32,000 bases of DNA from Synechococcus sp. A15-28. Lineage in GTDB: Bacteria; Cyanobacteriota; Cyanobacteriia; PCC-6307; Cyanobiaceae. The translations under genes and the position numbers were made by a program. The stretch is from positions 1,320,001 to 1,352,000 of the forward strand of contig NZ_CP047931.1 of assembly GCF_014280175.1 (NCBI RefSeq), written 5' to 3'. Under the pieces are notes generated by a model. The model ran no database searches. It was not told where the DNA came from and saw only the letters and a program-made list of their open reading frames with translations. This document shows, in pieces, positions 9,223 through 18,320 of the stretch (position 1 is the first letter of the stretch; every line of letters starts with the position of its first letter).

Positions 9223-9564
9223 GTGAACCGATTGATCGCCACCGCTGCAGCGGTCCTGATCCTGTTCACATCATTCATCAACAGCGCTCTTGCCGGTGAG
9301 ATCCCCGGCGAGGGCGCTGTTTTGTTTGGCCAGCACTGCGCAGGCTGCCATGTGAACGGCGGCAATATCATTCGCCGTGGCAAGAACCTCAAGCTGGCCA
9401 CCCTGCAACGCCAAGGACTGGATTCCACAGAGGCCATCGCCAACATTGCCCGGAATGGCATCGGCCAGATGAGCGGCTACAGCGACAAGCTCGGTGAAGG
9501 TGGTGATCAATTGGTGGCAGCCTGGATTCTCGAGCAGGCTCAGAATGCCTGGACCCAGGGATAG
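9223..9564 (+). CDS. Cytochrome c6-like soluble cytochrome c
   Basis: Signal peptide ending SALA|GEI, heme motif CAGCH, GGNIIRRGKNLKLATLQ, candidate Met ligand in GQMSGY. Confidence 0.85.
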   Translation: MNRLIATAAAVLILFTSFINSALAGEIPGEGAVLFGQHCAGCHVNGGNIIRRGKNLKLATLQRQGLDSTEAIANIARNGIGQMSGYSDKLGEGGDQLVAAWILEQAQNAWTQG

Positions 9565-9809
9565 ACCTCAAGCGCCGTCCAGATTCCCTGTTTCCAATAA
9601 ATGTCGTCCTCCACAAGCTGACGGACGGTGCCCATCGTGTCGGCTTCGAAAATACCGAACACATGTGTGCTCCCTTCCGTTGGCCCCAGGGTGATCAGCA
9701 CACCCTCGTCCTTAAGTGATTGCAGTCGCGACAAGTGTTCCTGCCGAAATGGCACACGTTTTTCAAGCGCATCGGCGCTGTATGTCCCCCACAGAACAAA
9801 ACGAGCCAT
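9540..9809 (-). CDS. YciI-like protein
   Basis: MARFVLWGTYSADALEKRVPFRQEHLSRLQSLKDEGVLITLGPT...VFGIFEADT resembles the YciI fold family. Confidence 0.7.
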   Translation of the reverse strand: MARFVLWGTYSADALEKRVPFRQEHLSRLQSLKDEGVLITLGPTEGSTHVFGIFEADTMGTVRQLVEDDIYWKQGIWTALEVYPWVQAF

Positions 9810-9906
9810 GGCAATTGGTGACGTCAGAGAGAATTTTTCCGAGAAAAGGATGGCACGAGGGGATGACCAAACGCTATGTTGTGTACGTTGATCACTTTCA
9901 AAACCA

Positions 9907-10278
9907 ATGCTCACTGGGAGCGACCTTCTCAACAAAGTCAAAGAGCTGGGTGATGTCAGCAAGTCAGATCTGGTTCGCGCCTGTGGCTACGTCTCCAATA
10001 AAAAGGACGGCGGTGATCGTCTGAACTTCACTGCCTTCTACGAATCACTTCTGGAAGCCAAAGGTGTCAGCCTTGGCACCACCGGCATCGGTGGCGTCGG
10101 CAAAGGCGGCCGCAAGCTGAGCTACATCGCCACAGTTCAAGGGAATGGAAATCTGCTGATCGGCAAGGCCTACACAGCTCTTTTGGACCTCAAACCCGGC
10201 GATGAGTTCGAAATCAAACTGGGTCGCAAACAGATCCGTTTGATGCCTGTCGGTGGCTCTGAAGAAGACGAAGAGTGA
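9907..10278 (+). CDS. AbrB-family transcriptional regulator (cyAbrB)
   Basis: LTGSDLLNKVKELGDVSKSDLVRACGYVS...FYESLLEAKG, then the AbrB-like LKPGDEFEIKLGRKQIRL. Confidence 0.88.
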   Translation: MLTGSDLLNKVKELGDVSKSDLVRACGYVSNKKDGGDRLNFTAFYESLLEAKGVSLGTTGIGGVGKGGRKLSYIATVQGNGNLLIGKAYTALLDLKPGDEFEIKLGRKQIRLMPVGGSEEDEE

Positions 10279-10337
10279 TCCTTCGCGGCACTTACAGAAT
10301 CGGTTTGAGACCAGCCCAAAAGTCATGAAACCCCACG

Positions 10338-10363
10338 GCCCTGGCTTGTCCAGGGCTTTTTTT
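10338..10363 (+). terminator. Rho-independent terminator downstream of cyAbrB, in the convergent gap with trpA
   Basis: GCCCTGG-CTTGT-CCAGGGC-TTTTTTT: 7-bp perfect stem, 5-nt loop, T7 tract. Confidence 0.9.
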
Positions 10364-10398
10364 CATGAGAACGCAACGCTGTCATTCTCTGGTTCGGA

Positions 10399-11208
10399 TC
10401 AATCAGCGGCGCTGCGAAGCTCCTTGCAGAAGCGACCGGCTTCCTCAGCAACTTGCCCCTCGCCAGCAGCCGCCATCCGCTTGACCAGCGCACTGCCAAC
10501 AATGGCGCCGTCCGCCCCCCAGCTGCGCACCTGGCACACCTGATCAGCACCAGAGATGCCGAAACCGACAGCCACTGGAGCAGCAGAGGATTGCTTCAGC
10601 TTTTTGACAAGCCCCTCCACTCTGTTTTCCATCTGGGCCCGTTCTCCGGTGACACCCGTCACGCTGACCAGATAAGTGAAACCACGACTGCGTTGACCAA
10701 TCCGCACCATGCGATCAGCAGGGGTCGTGGGTGCAACGAGGAGAACCAGATCCAGTCCCTGTCGTACCGCCAGAGGCGACAGCCGTTCTGCCTCCTCCAA
10801 CGGCAGGTCCGGAACCACAAGCCCAGCGGCTCCGGCCGCTGCAGCGCGTTCACAGAACACCTCCATGCCCACATTCAGCAATGGGTTGGAGTACGTAAAA
10901 AGAATCACAGGAATGGTGAGGCGCCCCTTCAAAGAGCTCAGCATCTCCAACACGTTCCCCGGCGTTGTTCCGGCAGCAAGGGCTCTTGATGCAGCGGCCT
11001 GAATGACGGGACCATCCGCCAGAGGATCGCTGTAAGGCATGCCCAACTCCACCATGTCGGCCCCAGCCGCCTGCAGGCTCAGCAGGACCTCAGAGGTTGT
11101 TACCAGATCTGGGTCGCCAGCCATCAGAAATGGCATCAGGGCCAGACGCTTCTCCTGCTTGAGCTGCTCAAAACGCTGAGCGATGGGTGACAACTTCTGG
11201 CTCGACAT
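10399..11208 (-). CDS. trpA: Tryptophan synthase alpha chain
   Basis: [52 protein letters not shown]. Confidence 0.97.
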   Translation of the reverse strand: MSSQKLSPIAQRFEQLKQEKRLALMPFLMAGDPDLVTTSEVLLSLQAAGADMVELGMPYSDPLADGPVIQAAASRALAAGTTPGNVLEMLSSLKGRLTIPVILFTYSNPLLNVGMEVFCERAAAAGAAGLVVPDLPLEEAERLSPLAVRQGLDLVLLVAPTTPADRMVRIGQRSRGFTYLVSVTGVTGERAQMENRVEGLVKKLKQSSAAPVAVGFGISGADQVCQVRSWGADGAIVGSALVKRMAAAGEGQVAEEAGRFCKELRSAAD

Positions 11209-11243
11209 CGCGACGCGACCGATCGGACTGCAACCCGGTGAGC

Positions 11244-11585
11244 CTATGAGCCAGAGGTCGCTTCAGATTCATCCATGCTGATCTTCTCAAGCAGAGCCTG
11301 TTGTTGCTCCGGAGACAACGCGTCGAACTTTTTCTGGAGGTCATCAGCCTCCTGTTCGTCGTACACCTCCCTGTACCGCCGGCGCTGCTCCATGTAAGTC
11401 ATCTGGCCGGTGACAACGCGGAACAGATAAGACCCCGTCCACACCACCACGATCAACACCAGCAAAGACTGGGCCGCGATTCCGGCCGAAAATCCCTTCA
11501 AGCCGAGGGCATCAAAGCCGACATAGCCCGCTCCACCAAGCAGCAGAACGATCAAACCGATCAGAAGAACCTTGCCCCGGGTCAA
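11244..11585 (-). CDS. DUF3007-type membrane protein
   Basis: [72 protein letters not shown], adjacent to ndhL and trpA. Confidence 0.7.
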   Translation of the reverse strand: MTRGKVLLIGLIVLLLGGAGYVGFDALGLKGFSAGIAAQSLLVLIVVVWTGSYLFRVVTGQMTYMEQRRRYREVYDEQEADDLQKKFDALSPEQQQALLEKISMDESEATSGS

Positions 11586-11586
11586 C

Positions 11587-11838
11587 TCAGTTCTCTCCCT
11601 GGCCGCTGAGTCGGAAATTCAGAAATGGAGCGAACACCACCATCCCCGGGAAGAAGAGGAACACCAGGCCATAGACGCCAAGCCGCTCCACCTTGCCCAT
11701 CCGCGTCCAGCGGCTGTTCATCCAGAAGAACAGCGCCAGAGGCACCACCATCAGATAAAGCCCGCCAAGAAGGACGTAGGCGAGGATCACCAGGAGGGTG
11801 TCCTGCGGGATCGAGGAAACCAGGGACTGCAGGTCCAA
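11587..11838 (-). CDS. ndhL: NAD(P)H-quinone oxidoreductase subunit L
   Basis: [63 protein letters not shown]. Confidence 0.9.
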   Translation of the reverse strand: MDLQSLVSSIPQDTLLVILAYVLLGGLYLMVVPLALFFWMNSRWTRMGKVERLGVYGLVFLFFPGMVVFAPFLNFRLSGQGEN

Positions 11839-11878
11839 GATCGAAAATCGAATGGTGGAAATCTAGGATGCTCCTCAA

Positions 11879-11964
11879 GGGGGCATGGCGGAATCGGTAG
11901 ACGCACGCGACTTAAAATCGCTTGGGCTGAAAGGCCTGTGGGGGTTCAAGTCCCCCTGCCCCCA
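11879..11964 (+). tRNA. tRNA-Leu (anticodon TAA), uninterrupted
   Basis: Acceptor GGGGGCA pairs with TGCCCCC. Anticodon loop CTTAAAA, long variable arm, T arm GGGGGTTCAAGTCCCCC. No encoded CCA. Confidence 0.95.
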
Positions 11965-11985
11965 TCCCGCCGACCTGAGACGTGG

Positions 11986-12288
11986 TCAGGCCGCCAGCAG
12001 CTCACTCAGACGGGTGCGGAACTCACCTTTGGGCATGCCGCCCTTGAGTTCTCCGTGGATGCTGAATTCACCGTCCGGATCATTCACCAGCAGATAGGTG
12101 GGCCAGCCCATCCCCTCCTTGTTGGGGTACTGCTTCAGCAGGATCTTGCGATATTTCCTGTAGGCCTCCGTGTCCTGAAGCATCACTGAGACGAAGTCGG
12201 CGCCGAGTTCCTCAGCCACCTTGGCGTCGTAGTGGCTCATCTTGTGGCAGGTGCCGCAATCCTCGGAACTGAACTTGATCACGTGCAT
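11986..12288 (-). CDS. Thioredoxin-fold protein
   Basis: [29 protein letters not shown], a CxxC motif (CGTC), cis-Pro region GWPTYLL. Confidence 0.85.
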   Translation of the reverse strand: MHVIKFSSEDCGTCHKMSHYDAKVAEELGADFVSVMLQDTEAYRKYRKILLKQYPNKEGMGWPTYLLVNDPDGEFSIHGELKGGMPKGEFRTRLSELLAA

Positions 12289-13310
12289 GGCTGAAGCCTC
12301 CAGGGCAGCGTCTCCCCAGCATGGAAGGGAACCAGTCCGTTCACCAGCTGGGGCACGTGAACAGCAATCTTTTCAAGGGTGACCGTGTCGTTGTTCACCG
12401 GCAGGCCGTAGAAGGCCGGGCCGTTCAGGGAAGCGAACGCTTCGAGGTGATGCATCGCCTCTTCCTCTGCAAAAACCTGGGCATAGCTCTCCAGCGCATG
12501 GGGAGCATTGAAGATGCCAGCACAACCGCAGGAGGTCTCCTTGCCGGCTCTGGGATGCGGGGCGGAATCAGTGCCGAGGAAAAAGCGCGGATCTCCGCTG
12601 GTGGCCGCCCGCCGCAGGGCAAGGCGATGCTGCTCCCGTTTGACCACGGGCAGGCAGTAGAAGTCGCTGCGCAAACCACCGAGGAACATGGCGTTCCGGT
12701 TGATCTGCAGGTGATGGGGGGTGATCGTGGCCGCCAGATTGCGATCTGCAGAGCCCACGTAATCGACGGCCTCTTCAGTGGTGATGTGCTCGAACACCAC
12801 CTTGAGCTCGGGATGACGGGTCCGCAAAGACCTCAGATGCCGCTCGATGAACACCGCTTCCCGGTCGAACACATCGATATCGGCATCCGTCACTTCCCCA
12901 TGGATCAGTAAAGGCATGCCGATGGACTCCATTCGGCTCAGAACACGTGTGATCTGAGCCAGGTCGGTCACACCCGCAGCGGAATTGGTGGTGGCGTTGG
13001 CGGGGTACAGCTTGGCTGCGGTGTAAATCCCCTCCTGGAAGCCCCTCTCCAGATCATCCGGATCTGTGTTGTCGGTGAGATAAGCGGTCATCAACGGCGT
13101 GAAGGCCATCCCCTCAGGACAGGCCGAAAGGATCCGTTCGCGGTAGCGGCGCGCCGCATCCACCGATGTGACAGGCGGCCGCAGGTTGGGCATCACGATG
13201 GCCCGACGAAAACAACGGGCTGTGTGCGCCACAACCTTCTCCAGCATCTCCTCATCCCTGAGGTGGACATGCCAGTCGTCCGGAGCGGTGATCGTGAGCT
13301 GGTCAGCCAT
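12279..13310 (-). CDS. pyrC: Dihydroorotase (homodimeric type)
   Basis: [47 protein letters not shown]. Confidence 0.96.
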   Translation of the reverse strand: MADQLTITAPDDWHVHLRDEEMLEKVVAHTARCFRRAIVMPNLRPPVTSVDAARRYRERILSACPEGMAFTPLMTAYLTDNTDPDDLERGFQEGIYTAAKLYPANATTNSAAGVTDLAQITRVLSRMESIGMPLLIHGEVTDADIDVFDREAVFIERHLRSLRTRHPELKVVFEHITTEEAVDYVGSADRNLAATITPHHLQINRNAMFLGGLRSDFYCLPVVKREQHRLALRRAATSGDPRFFLGTDSAPHPRAGKETSCGCAGIFNAPHALESYAQVFAEEEAMHHLEAFASLNGPAFYGLPVNNDTVTLEKIAVHVPQLVNGLVPFHAGETLPWRLQPCT

Positions 13311-14967
13311 GGCCGGGAAGACCGTCCACCGCCAGGCGCAGAGCCGACAGGCGATCAGAGGTGAGATGACTCTCCGGCAGGCGGTCCAGAAGCTTCAGCT
13401 TGCGGAGACGGTTCTCGGTGCTGCCGGAAACGCCCACCATGAACACATCGCGCCCCACTTCCATCGCCTCCTTCACAGCATTCTCCAGCGCGATCGCAGC
13501 GGTCACCCCCAGATGGGACACCTCAGAGAGGTCAAACACCACGGCCTGGCAGTTCCCGATTGCGTTGTGCTCCCGGGAGATCGCCTTGGCGACACCGAAG
13601 ATCATCGGACCAGCCAACTGGAACAGCAGCACCATGCCGGAGGCTCGATCCAGCAGCTGCTGCTCCTCCTCATTGAGCTCCACATCGTCATCGGTGGTGC
13701 TGATGGTCTTCACCTTTCTCGACTGAAGCGTGCTCATCCGATCAATGGTGAGCACGTTGGCCACGAACACCCCGATTCCCACGGCCGTGATCAGATCCAC
13801 CAGCACGGTCAGAGCGATTACGCCATAGGTGATCACCGCTGCTTTCACCGACAGGTGATGAGCCCGCTGGAGAAAATCCCAGTCGATGATGTCAATACCC
13901 ACCTTCACAGCGATACCAGCGAGCACCGCCAGGGGGATGCGTGAGGCCAACGGTGCTGCCAGAAGCACCACCAGCATCAGCACCATGGCCCGGACAATGC
14001 CCGATAGCGCTGTTCGTCCGCCGGACTGAATGTTCACCACCGTGCCCATGGTGGCTCCAGCACCGGGCATCGCCCCAAACAGGCCGGACACCACATTGGC
14101 CAGCCCCTGACCGATCAACTCTTTGTTGGAGTTGTGTTCGGTGCGGGTCAGGCTGTCGGCCACCACGGAGGTCAGCAGCGCATCAATGCAGCCGAGCATG
14201 CCCAGCACAGCGGCATCGATCACCATCAGACGAAGCTGATCGCTGGAGAAGGTCGGCAGCTGAAAGGTGGGGAAGGCGGCGGAAAACTCAGGAATCGTGC
14301 GAAGCCCGAACCCGCTGAACAGGGTCAGAGCCAACAGCGTGCCCACCACAAGAGCCAGCAACTGCGGCGGGCACACTTTTTTCACCGCTGAAGGCGTGAA
14401 CCACAGAATGGCCAGGGTGATCACAGCCAGCAGGAGCTCCATGGGCTGGATTCCCTGCATCAAGGCAGGAATCGCCTCAAGCGTTCCTATCACCCCTCCC
14501 TTGGGAGTGGCTTGTCCCAGAAACGGCCCCAGCTGCAACAACACCAGGATGATGCCGATGCCGGACATGAAGCCCGAGATCACCGTGTAGGGCATCATCG
14601 TTACGTAACGCCCCAGTCGGAACAGGCCAAACAGGATCTGGAAAATCCCGGCCAGAACGCCGACGCTGAAGGCCATCGCCAAGGCCTGCTCCGGGCTGTC
14701 GGCTGTGGCGGTGAAACTGATGATCACCGAGGTGAACACCACGGTCATCGGGCCTGTGGGCTCCGAAATCAGCGTGGGGGTTCCACCAAACAGAGATGCC
14801 ACCAGTCCGATGATCACCGCACCCCAGAGACCAGCGGCAGCACCGGCACCGGAGGCGATTCCGAAGGCCAACGCCATCGGCAGAGCAATCACGGCAGCTG
14901 TGAGTCCGCCGAACACATCCCCCTTCAGGTTTGTGGCGTTGATGCGGTTCAGCACGATCCGGCTCAT
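13303..14967 (-). CDS. bicA: SulP-family low-affinity Na+-dependent bicarbonate transporter, BicA-type
   Basis: [69 protein letters not shown], plus a C-terminal STAS domain. Closely follows the remembered sequence of the PCC 7002 BicA. Confidence 0.9.
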   Translation of the reverse strand: MSRIVLNRINATNLKGDVFGGLTAAVIALPMALAFGIASGAGAAAGLWGAVIIGLVASLFGGTPTLISEPTGPMTVVFTSVIISFTATADSPEQALAMAFSVGVLAGIFQILFGLFRLGRYVTMMPYTVISGFMSGIGIILVLLQLGPFLGQATPKGGVIGTLEAIPALMQGIQPMELLLAVITLAILWFTPSAVKKVCPPQLLALVVGTLLALTLFSGFGLRTIPEFSAAFPTFQLPTFSSDQLRLMVIDAAVLGMLGCIDALLTSVVADSLTRTEHNSNKELIGQGLANVVSGLFGAMPGAGATMGTVVNIQSGGRTALSGIVRAMVLMLVVLLAAPLASRIPLAVLAGIAVKVGIDIIDWDFLQRAHHLSVKAAVITYGVIALTVLVDLITAVGIGVFVANVLTIDRMSTLQSRKVKTISTTDDDVELNEEEQQLLDRASGMVLLFQLAGPMIFGVAKAISREHNAIGNCQAVVFDLSEVSHLGVTAAIALENAVKEAMEVGRDVFMVGVSGSTENRLRKLKLLDRLPESHLTSDRLSALRLAVDGLPGHG

Positions 14968-15036
14968 CGTCAAGGGTTGCGACCTTAGGCGGCTTCTCAG
15001 CGTAGCAGAATCCTGGGAGAAGACGACCTCGCTTTG

Positions 15037-16146
15037 ATGCCTGAGCTGCCTCCTTTTCTCTTCTACAGCCTCGAGGTGATCGGAGGGATCCTGCTGCTGT
15101 TTCTTGGAGGAGACCAGTTCGTCAAAGGGTCGGTGACAATCGCCACCTTGTGCCGGATCCCGCAGCTTGTGATCGGCCTCACCGTTGTTGCCTTCGGCAC
15201 AAGCGCCCCGGAGCTGTTTGTCAGTGTCAGCTCAATCCTGCAGAACGCAGACGATCTTGCCGTTGGCAACGTCGTAGGGAGCAACATTTTCAACATTCTG
15301 GTCGTCTTGGGCTGTTCGGCCCTGGTCTTTCCTCTGCGCGTCGAGAACCGACTTGTGCGTCGCGACGTGCCGGTTCTGTTGGCCATTTCTTCTGCAGCCT
15401 GGGGGATGGCTTCCGCCGGTCGGATGACATGGCAAGCGGGCGTGGCCTTGCTGATCGGCTTGATCATCAACACCGTCTGGGAAATCCGAACTGCCCGGGA
15501 AGACCACCAAGAGACTGATGGAACATCAGATCTTGAACGGACACGCTCAGGGTTCAACCGGCGTTTGACGATCGCGCTGCTTCAGCTCGCCGTCGGCATC
15601 ACTTTGCTGGTTCTGGGCTCGAAAACGCTGGTCAGCGGAGCCAGCTCCGCAGCGGCATTTCTGAATGTGCCCACTGCTGTGATCGGATTGACGATCGTCG
15701 CCACGGGCACATCCACGCCGGAACTGATCACCTCGGTCGTGGCAACCCTGAAGGGGAAGACCGACCTCGCCGTCGGCAATGTCGTTGGTAGTTGTCTGCT
15801 CAATCTTTTGATGGTTCTGGGAGGCTGCGCGGCTATCAGCGGTGAAGCCGGGCTTCAAGTCACGGGGGAACTGATTTCCGAAGATTTGCCGGTCATGATG
15901 ATCGCCACCCTGGTCTGTTTGCCGATTTTCTGGTCACGGCGCAGCATCTCCAGGATTGAAGGGGGGATTCTGCTGACCGCTTACATCCTTTACTTAACTG
16001 ACAACGTCCTGCCGAGGACAGCTCTTGCGTCATGGCAGGACGAATTCCGTCTGGCAACGCTCTGCGTGGCCATGCCAATCCTCGTGATCGTGGTCGTCAC
16101 GCAAGTGCTGATTCACATGCGCTTCACAGGGTCGGAACAATCCTGA
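15037..16146 (+). CDS. CaCA-family Na+/Ca2+ (cation) exchanger
   Basis: Two alpha repeats: VVAFGTSAPELFVSV...DDLAVGNVVGSNIFNILVVLG and IVATGTSTPELITSVVATLKGKTDLAVGNVVGSCLLNLLMVLG. Confidence 0.92.
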   Translation: MPELPPFLFYSLEVIGGILLLFLGGDQFVKGSVTIATLCRIPQLVIGLTVVAFGTSAPELFVSVSSILQNADDLAVGNVVGSNIFNILVVLGCSALVFPLRVENRLVRRDVPVLLAISSAAWGMASAGRMTWQAGVALLIGLIINTVWEIRTAREDHQETDGTSDLERTRSGFNRRLTIALLQLAVGITLLVLGSKTLVSGASSAAAFLNVPTAVIGLTIVATGTSTPELITSVVATLKGKTDLAVGNVVGSCLLNLLMVLGGCAAISGEAGLQVTGELISEDLPVMMIATLVCLPIFWSRRSISRIEGGILLTAYILYLTDNVLPRTALASWQDEFRLATLCVAMPILVIVVVTQVLIHMRFTGSEQS

Positions 16147-16267
16147 TCGTCATCCACAACACATGGAAGCGTGAGGCGTGAGACGGATGGAGTTGTGTTT
16201 CCTCATGAGGGGATGACCGTCTGATTTTCTCTGTTCATCCTTGGGTCGCGTGCCGCTCGGCTTGCCG

Positions 16268-16768
16268 ATGCTCGAGCTTCTTCCCCCTCTCAACGACAAG
16301 AACCTCCCCTGGCTCGACGTCATCCATCCGATCGTCGTGCATTTCGTCATCTCGATGGCGCTGATCACCGTCGTCTTCGATCTGATCGGAGTGCTCACCA
16401 GGAAGAAGAACCTGTTTGAGGTCAGCTTCTGGAATCTGATCGTCGCCACCGTGGCGATCTTCGTGGCCATCATCTTTGGCCAGGTGGAGGCCGGGCTCGC
16501 CAACCCCTACGGAGCCTCGCGAGATATCCTCAATTACCACAGCACCATTGGTTGGTCCCTGGCCGGCGTGTTGGCACTGCTCACCGGCTGGCGCTACGTC
16601 GCCCGTCAGAAAGACCCCAACATTCTTCCGAAGGGGTTCCTGGCCATCGACTTCGTCTTGGCCGGTCTGGTCTTCGCCCAGGTGTATCTGGGCGACAAGC
16701 TCGTCTGGGTCTACGGCCTGCACACGGTTCCGGTGGTGGAAGCGATCCGTGAAGGGGTGCTGTCATGA
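16268..16768 (+). CDS. DUF2231-type membrane protein, first gene of the oxidase operon
   Basis: IHPIVVHFVISMALITVVFDLIGVL followed by three more hydrophobic segments. ATGA overlap with the next gene. The longer ORF start at 16241 is possible. Confidence 0.8.
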   Translation: MLELLPPLNDKNLPWLDVIHPIVVHFVISMALITVVFDLIGVLTRKKNLFEVSFWNLIVATVAIFVAIIFGQVEAGLANPYGASRDILNYHSTIGWSLAGVLALLTGWRYVARQKDPNILPKGFLAIDFVLAGLVFAQVYLGDKLVWVYGLHTVPVVEAIREGVLS

Positions 16769-17385
16769 GCCTGATTGCCGCGATTGCATCGCCGATCAAC
16801 GACATCGCCGACTCCCTGGGAGCCAACGATCTTCCCTACGCGATTCCCCTGCACCCCAACCTGGTGCATCTCACCATCGGCCTGTTCGCGATCGGGATCG
16901 CCTTCGACTTCGCTGGTGCGTTCTACCCCTTGGAGAAACGGCTCTTCCGCTTTCTCGCCCTGCCTGTGACCCGCAGCGGTTTCCATGATGTGGGCTGGTA
17001 CAACCTGGTGGCCTGCAGCGGGATCACCTTCTTCACGGTGGCCGCAGGCTTCTACGAAATGCTGTTGGCGGTGCCGCTGCCGGGCATCCGCAGCATCCTC
17101 GGCCAGACCGCCATCGACACCATGCTCTGGCATGCCATTGGTGGGGTTGCCATTCTGCTGGTGATCGTCGCCATGACCGTCTGGCGCGGCTACCAACGCT
17201 TCGTCTGGCGCAAGGACATGGGCCGCCAGGTGACCTGGCTGTACCTGCTTTGCGGTGCCTCGATGCTGATGGTGATGGGCCTGCATGGAAGCCTGGGCGC
17301 CTGGCTCGCCAGCGATTTCGGTGTTCACATCACCGCCGACCAACTGCTGGCCGCCGGTGCCGATCTCAATGAGGTGCTGCCATGA
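16765..17385 (+). CDS. DUF2231-type membrane protein, second copy
   Basis: IPLHPNLVHLTIGLFAIGIAFDFAG and multiple hydrophobic segments. Overlaps both neighbours by ATGA. Confidence 0.8.
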   Translation: MSLIAAIASPINDIADSLGANDLPYAIPLHPNLVHLTIGLFAIGIAFDFAGAFYPLEKRLFRFLALPVTRSGFHDVGWYNLVACSGITFFTVAAGFYEMLLAVPLPGIRSILGQTAIDTMLWHAIGGVAILLVIVAMTVWRGYQRFVWRKDMGRQVTWLYLLCGASMLMVMGLHGSLGAWLASDFGVHITADQLLAAGADLNEVLP

Positions 17386-18317
17386 CCACCACTGCTCCCA
17401 AGAACAGCCCGAACATCGGCGCCATTGTGATCATCACGATCGCAGTAGCAATCAATCTGGTGATCGCCAAATTGATGGCGACATGGTCCTACAGCTGGTT
17501 CCCGCCGCAGGCCTCTTCGGCGGCGCCCTACGTCGACGATCTGTTCGCATTGGAAACCGGCATCGGCTCCTTCATCTTCTTCGGCTGCACCGGAGTGATG
17601 GGTTGGGTGCTGTTGTTCAACCGCGCTGGTAAGTACGACGAAAGCGATGGTGCGCCGATTGAAGGCAACACCAAACTGGAAATCATCTGGACGATCATCC
17701 CGCTGGTGACGGTCTTCGTGATCGCCGCTTACACGATGAACGTCAACATGAAGCTTCAGAACCTCGGTCCGAAGCACAAATACACCATCGGCACTGATCC
17801 AACAGCACTGATGGAGGCCGATCCCATCGCAGACGTGGGTCCGATCGATGTGATTGCGCGCCAATGGAGCTGGGAATTTGTTTACCCGAACGGCGTGCGC
17901 AGCTCAGAGCTGCATCTGCCGGTTGATCAACGGGTCAATTTCCGATTGATCTCGGAGGACGTTCTGCACAGTTTCTTCGTGCCTGCCTTCCGACTGAAGC
18001 AGGACATTATCCCCGGCAGCATCATTTCCTACAGCCTCACGCCCACCAAAGAAGGGCGATTCCGTTTGCGAGACGCCATGTTCAGCGGTGCCTACTTCTC
18101 ACAGAACCAGACCGACGTCATCGTCGAATCCGATGAGGCCTACGCCAACTGGCTGAAGACAACCGCCAAGCAACCGCTGCAGCCCGGCCTCGATCCCGGC
18201 AGACCGCTCTACGACCGCCGCATCGCCCGCGGCGATAAAGGATGGGCCACGGTGCCGCCTGCACCGCCCCCGATGGTGAACGACCCCGGCGATCCCTCCA
18301 TCCCCCACGACGCCTGA
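17382..18317 (+). CDS. ctaC: Cytochrome c oxidase-like subunit II lacking the CuA site (alternative oxidase type)
   Basis: Two N-terminal TM segments, KLEIIWTIIPLVTVFVIA, QWSWEFVYPNG, LHSFFVPAFRLKQDIIPG. The expected CxxxCxxxH region reads RDAMFSGAYFSQNQ. Confidence 0.92.
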   Translation: MTTTAPKNSPNIGAIVIITIAVAINLVIAKLMATWSYSWFPPQASSAAPYVDDLFALETGIGSFIFFGCTGVMGWVLLFNRAGKYDESDGAPIEGNTKLEIIWTIIPLVTVFVIAAYTMNVNMKLQNLGPKHKYTIGTDPTALMEADPIADVGPIDVIARQWSWEFVYPNGVRSSELHLPVDQRVNFRLISEDVLHSFFVPAFRLKQDIIPGSIISYSLTPTKEGRFRLRDAMFSGAYFSQNQTDVIVESDEAYANWLKTTAKQPLQPGLDPGRPLYDRRIARGDKGWATVPPAPPPMVNDPGDPSIPHDA

Positions 18318-18320
18318 GCC

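Noticed and set aside
11582-11878. 98-aa minus-strand ORF overlapping ndhL
   Set aside because: Alternative frame. The NdhL frame (11587-11838) has the recognised family sequence.
13168-13944. 258-aa plus-strand ORF opposite bicA and the pyrC start
   Set aside because: Both genes beneath it have unmistakable family motifs; this translation has none.
16711-17343. 210-aa minus-strand ORF opposite the second DUF2231 gene
   Set aside because: Antisense shadow with no hydrophobic or domain pattern. The plus frame is ATGA-coupled to both neighbours.
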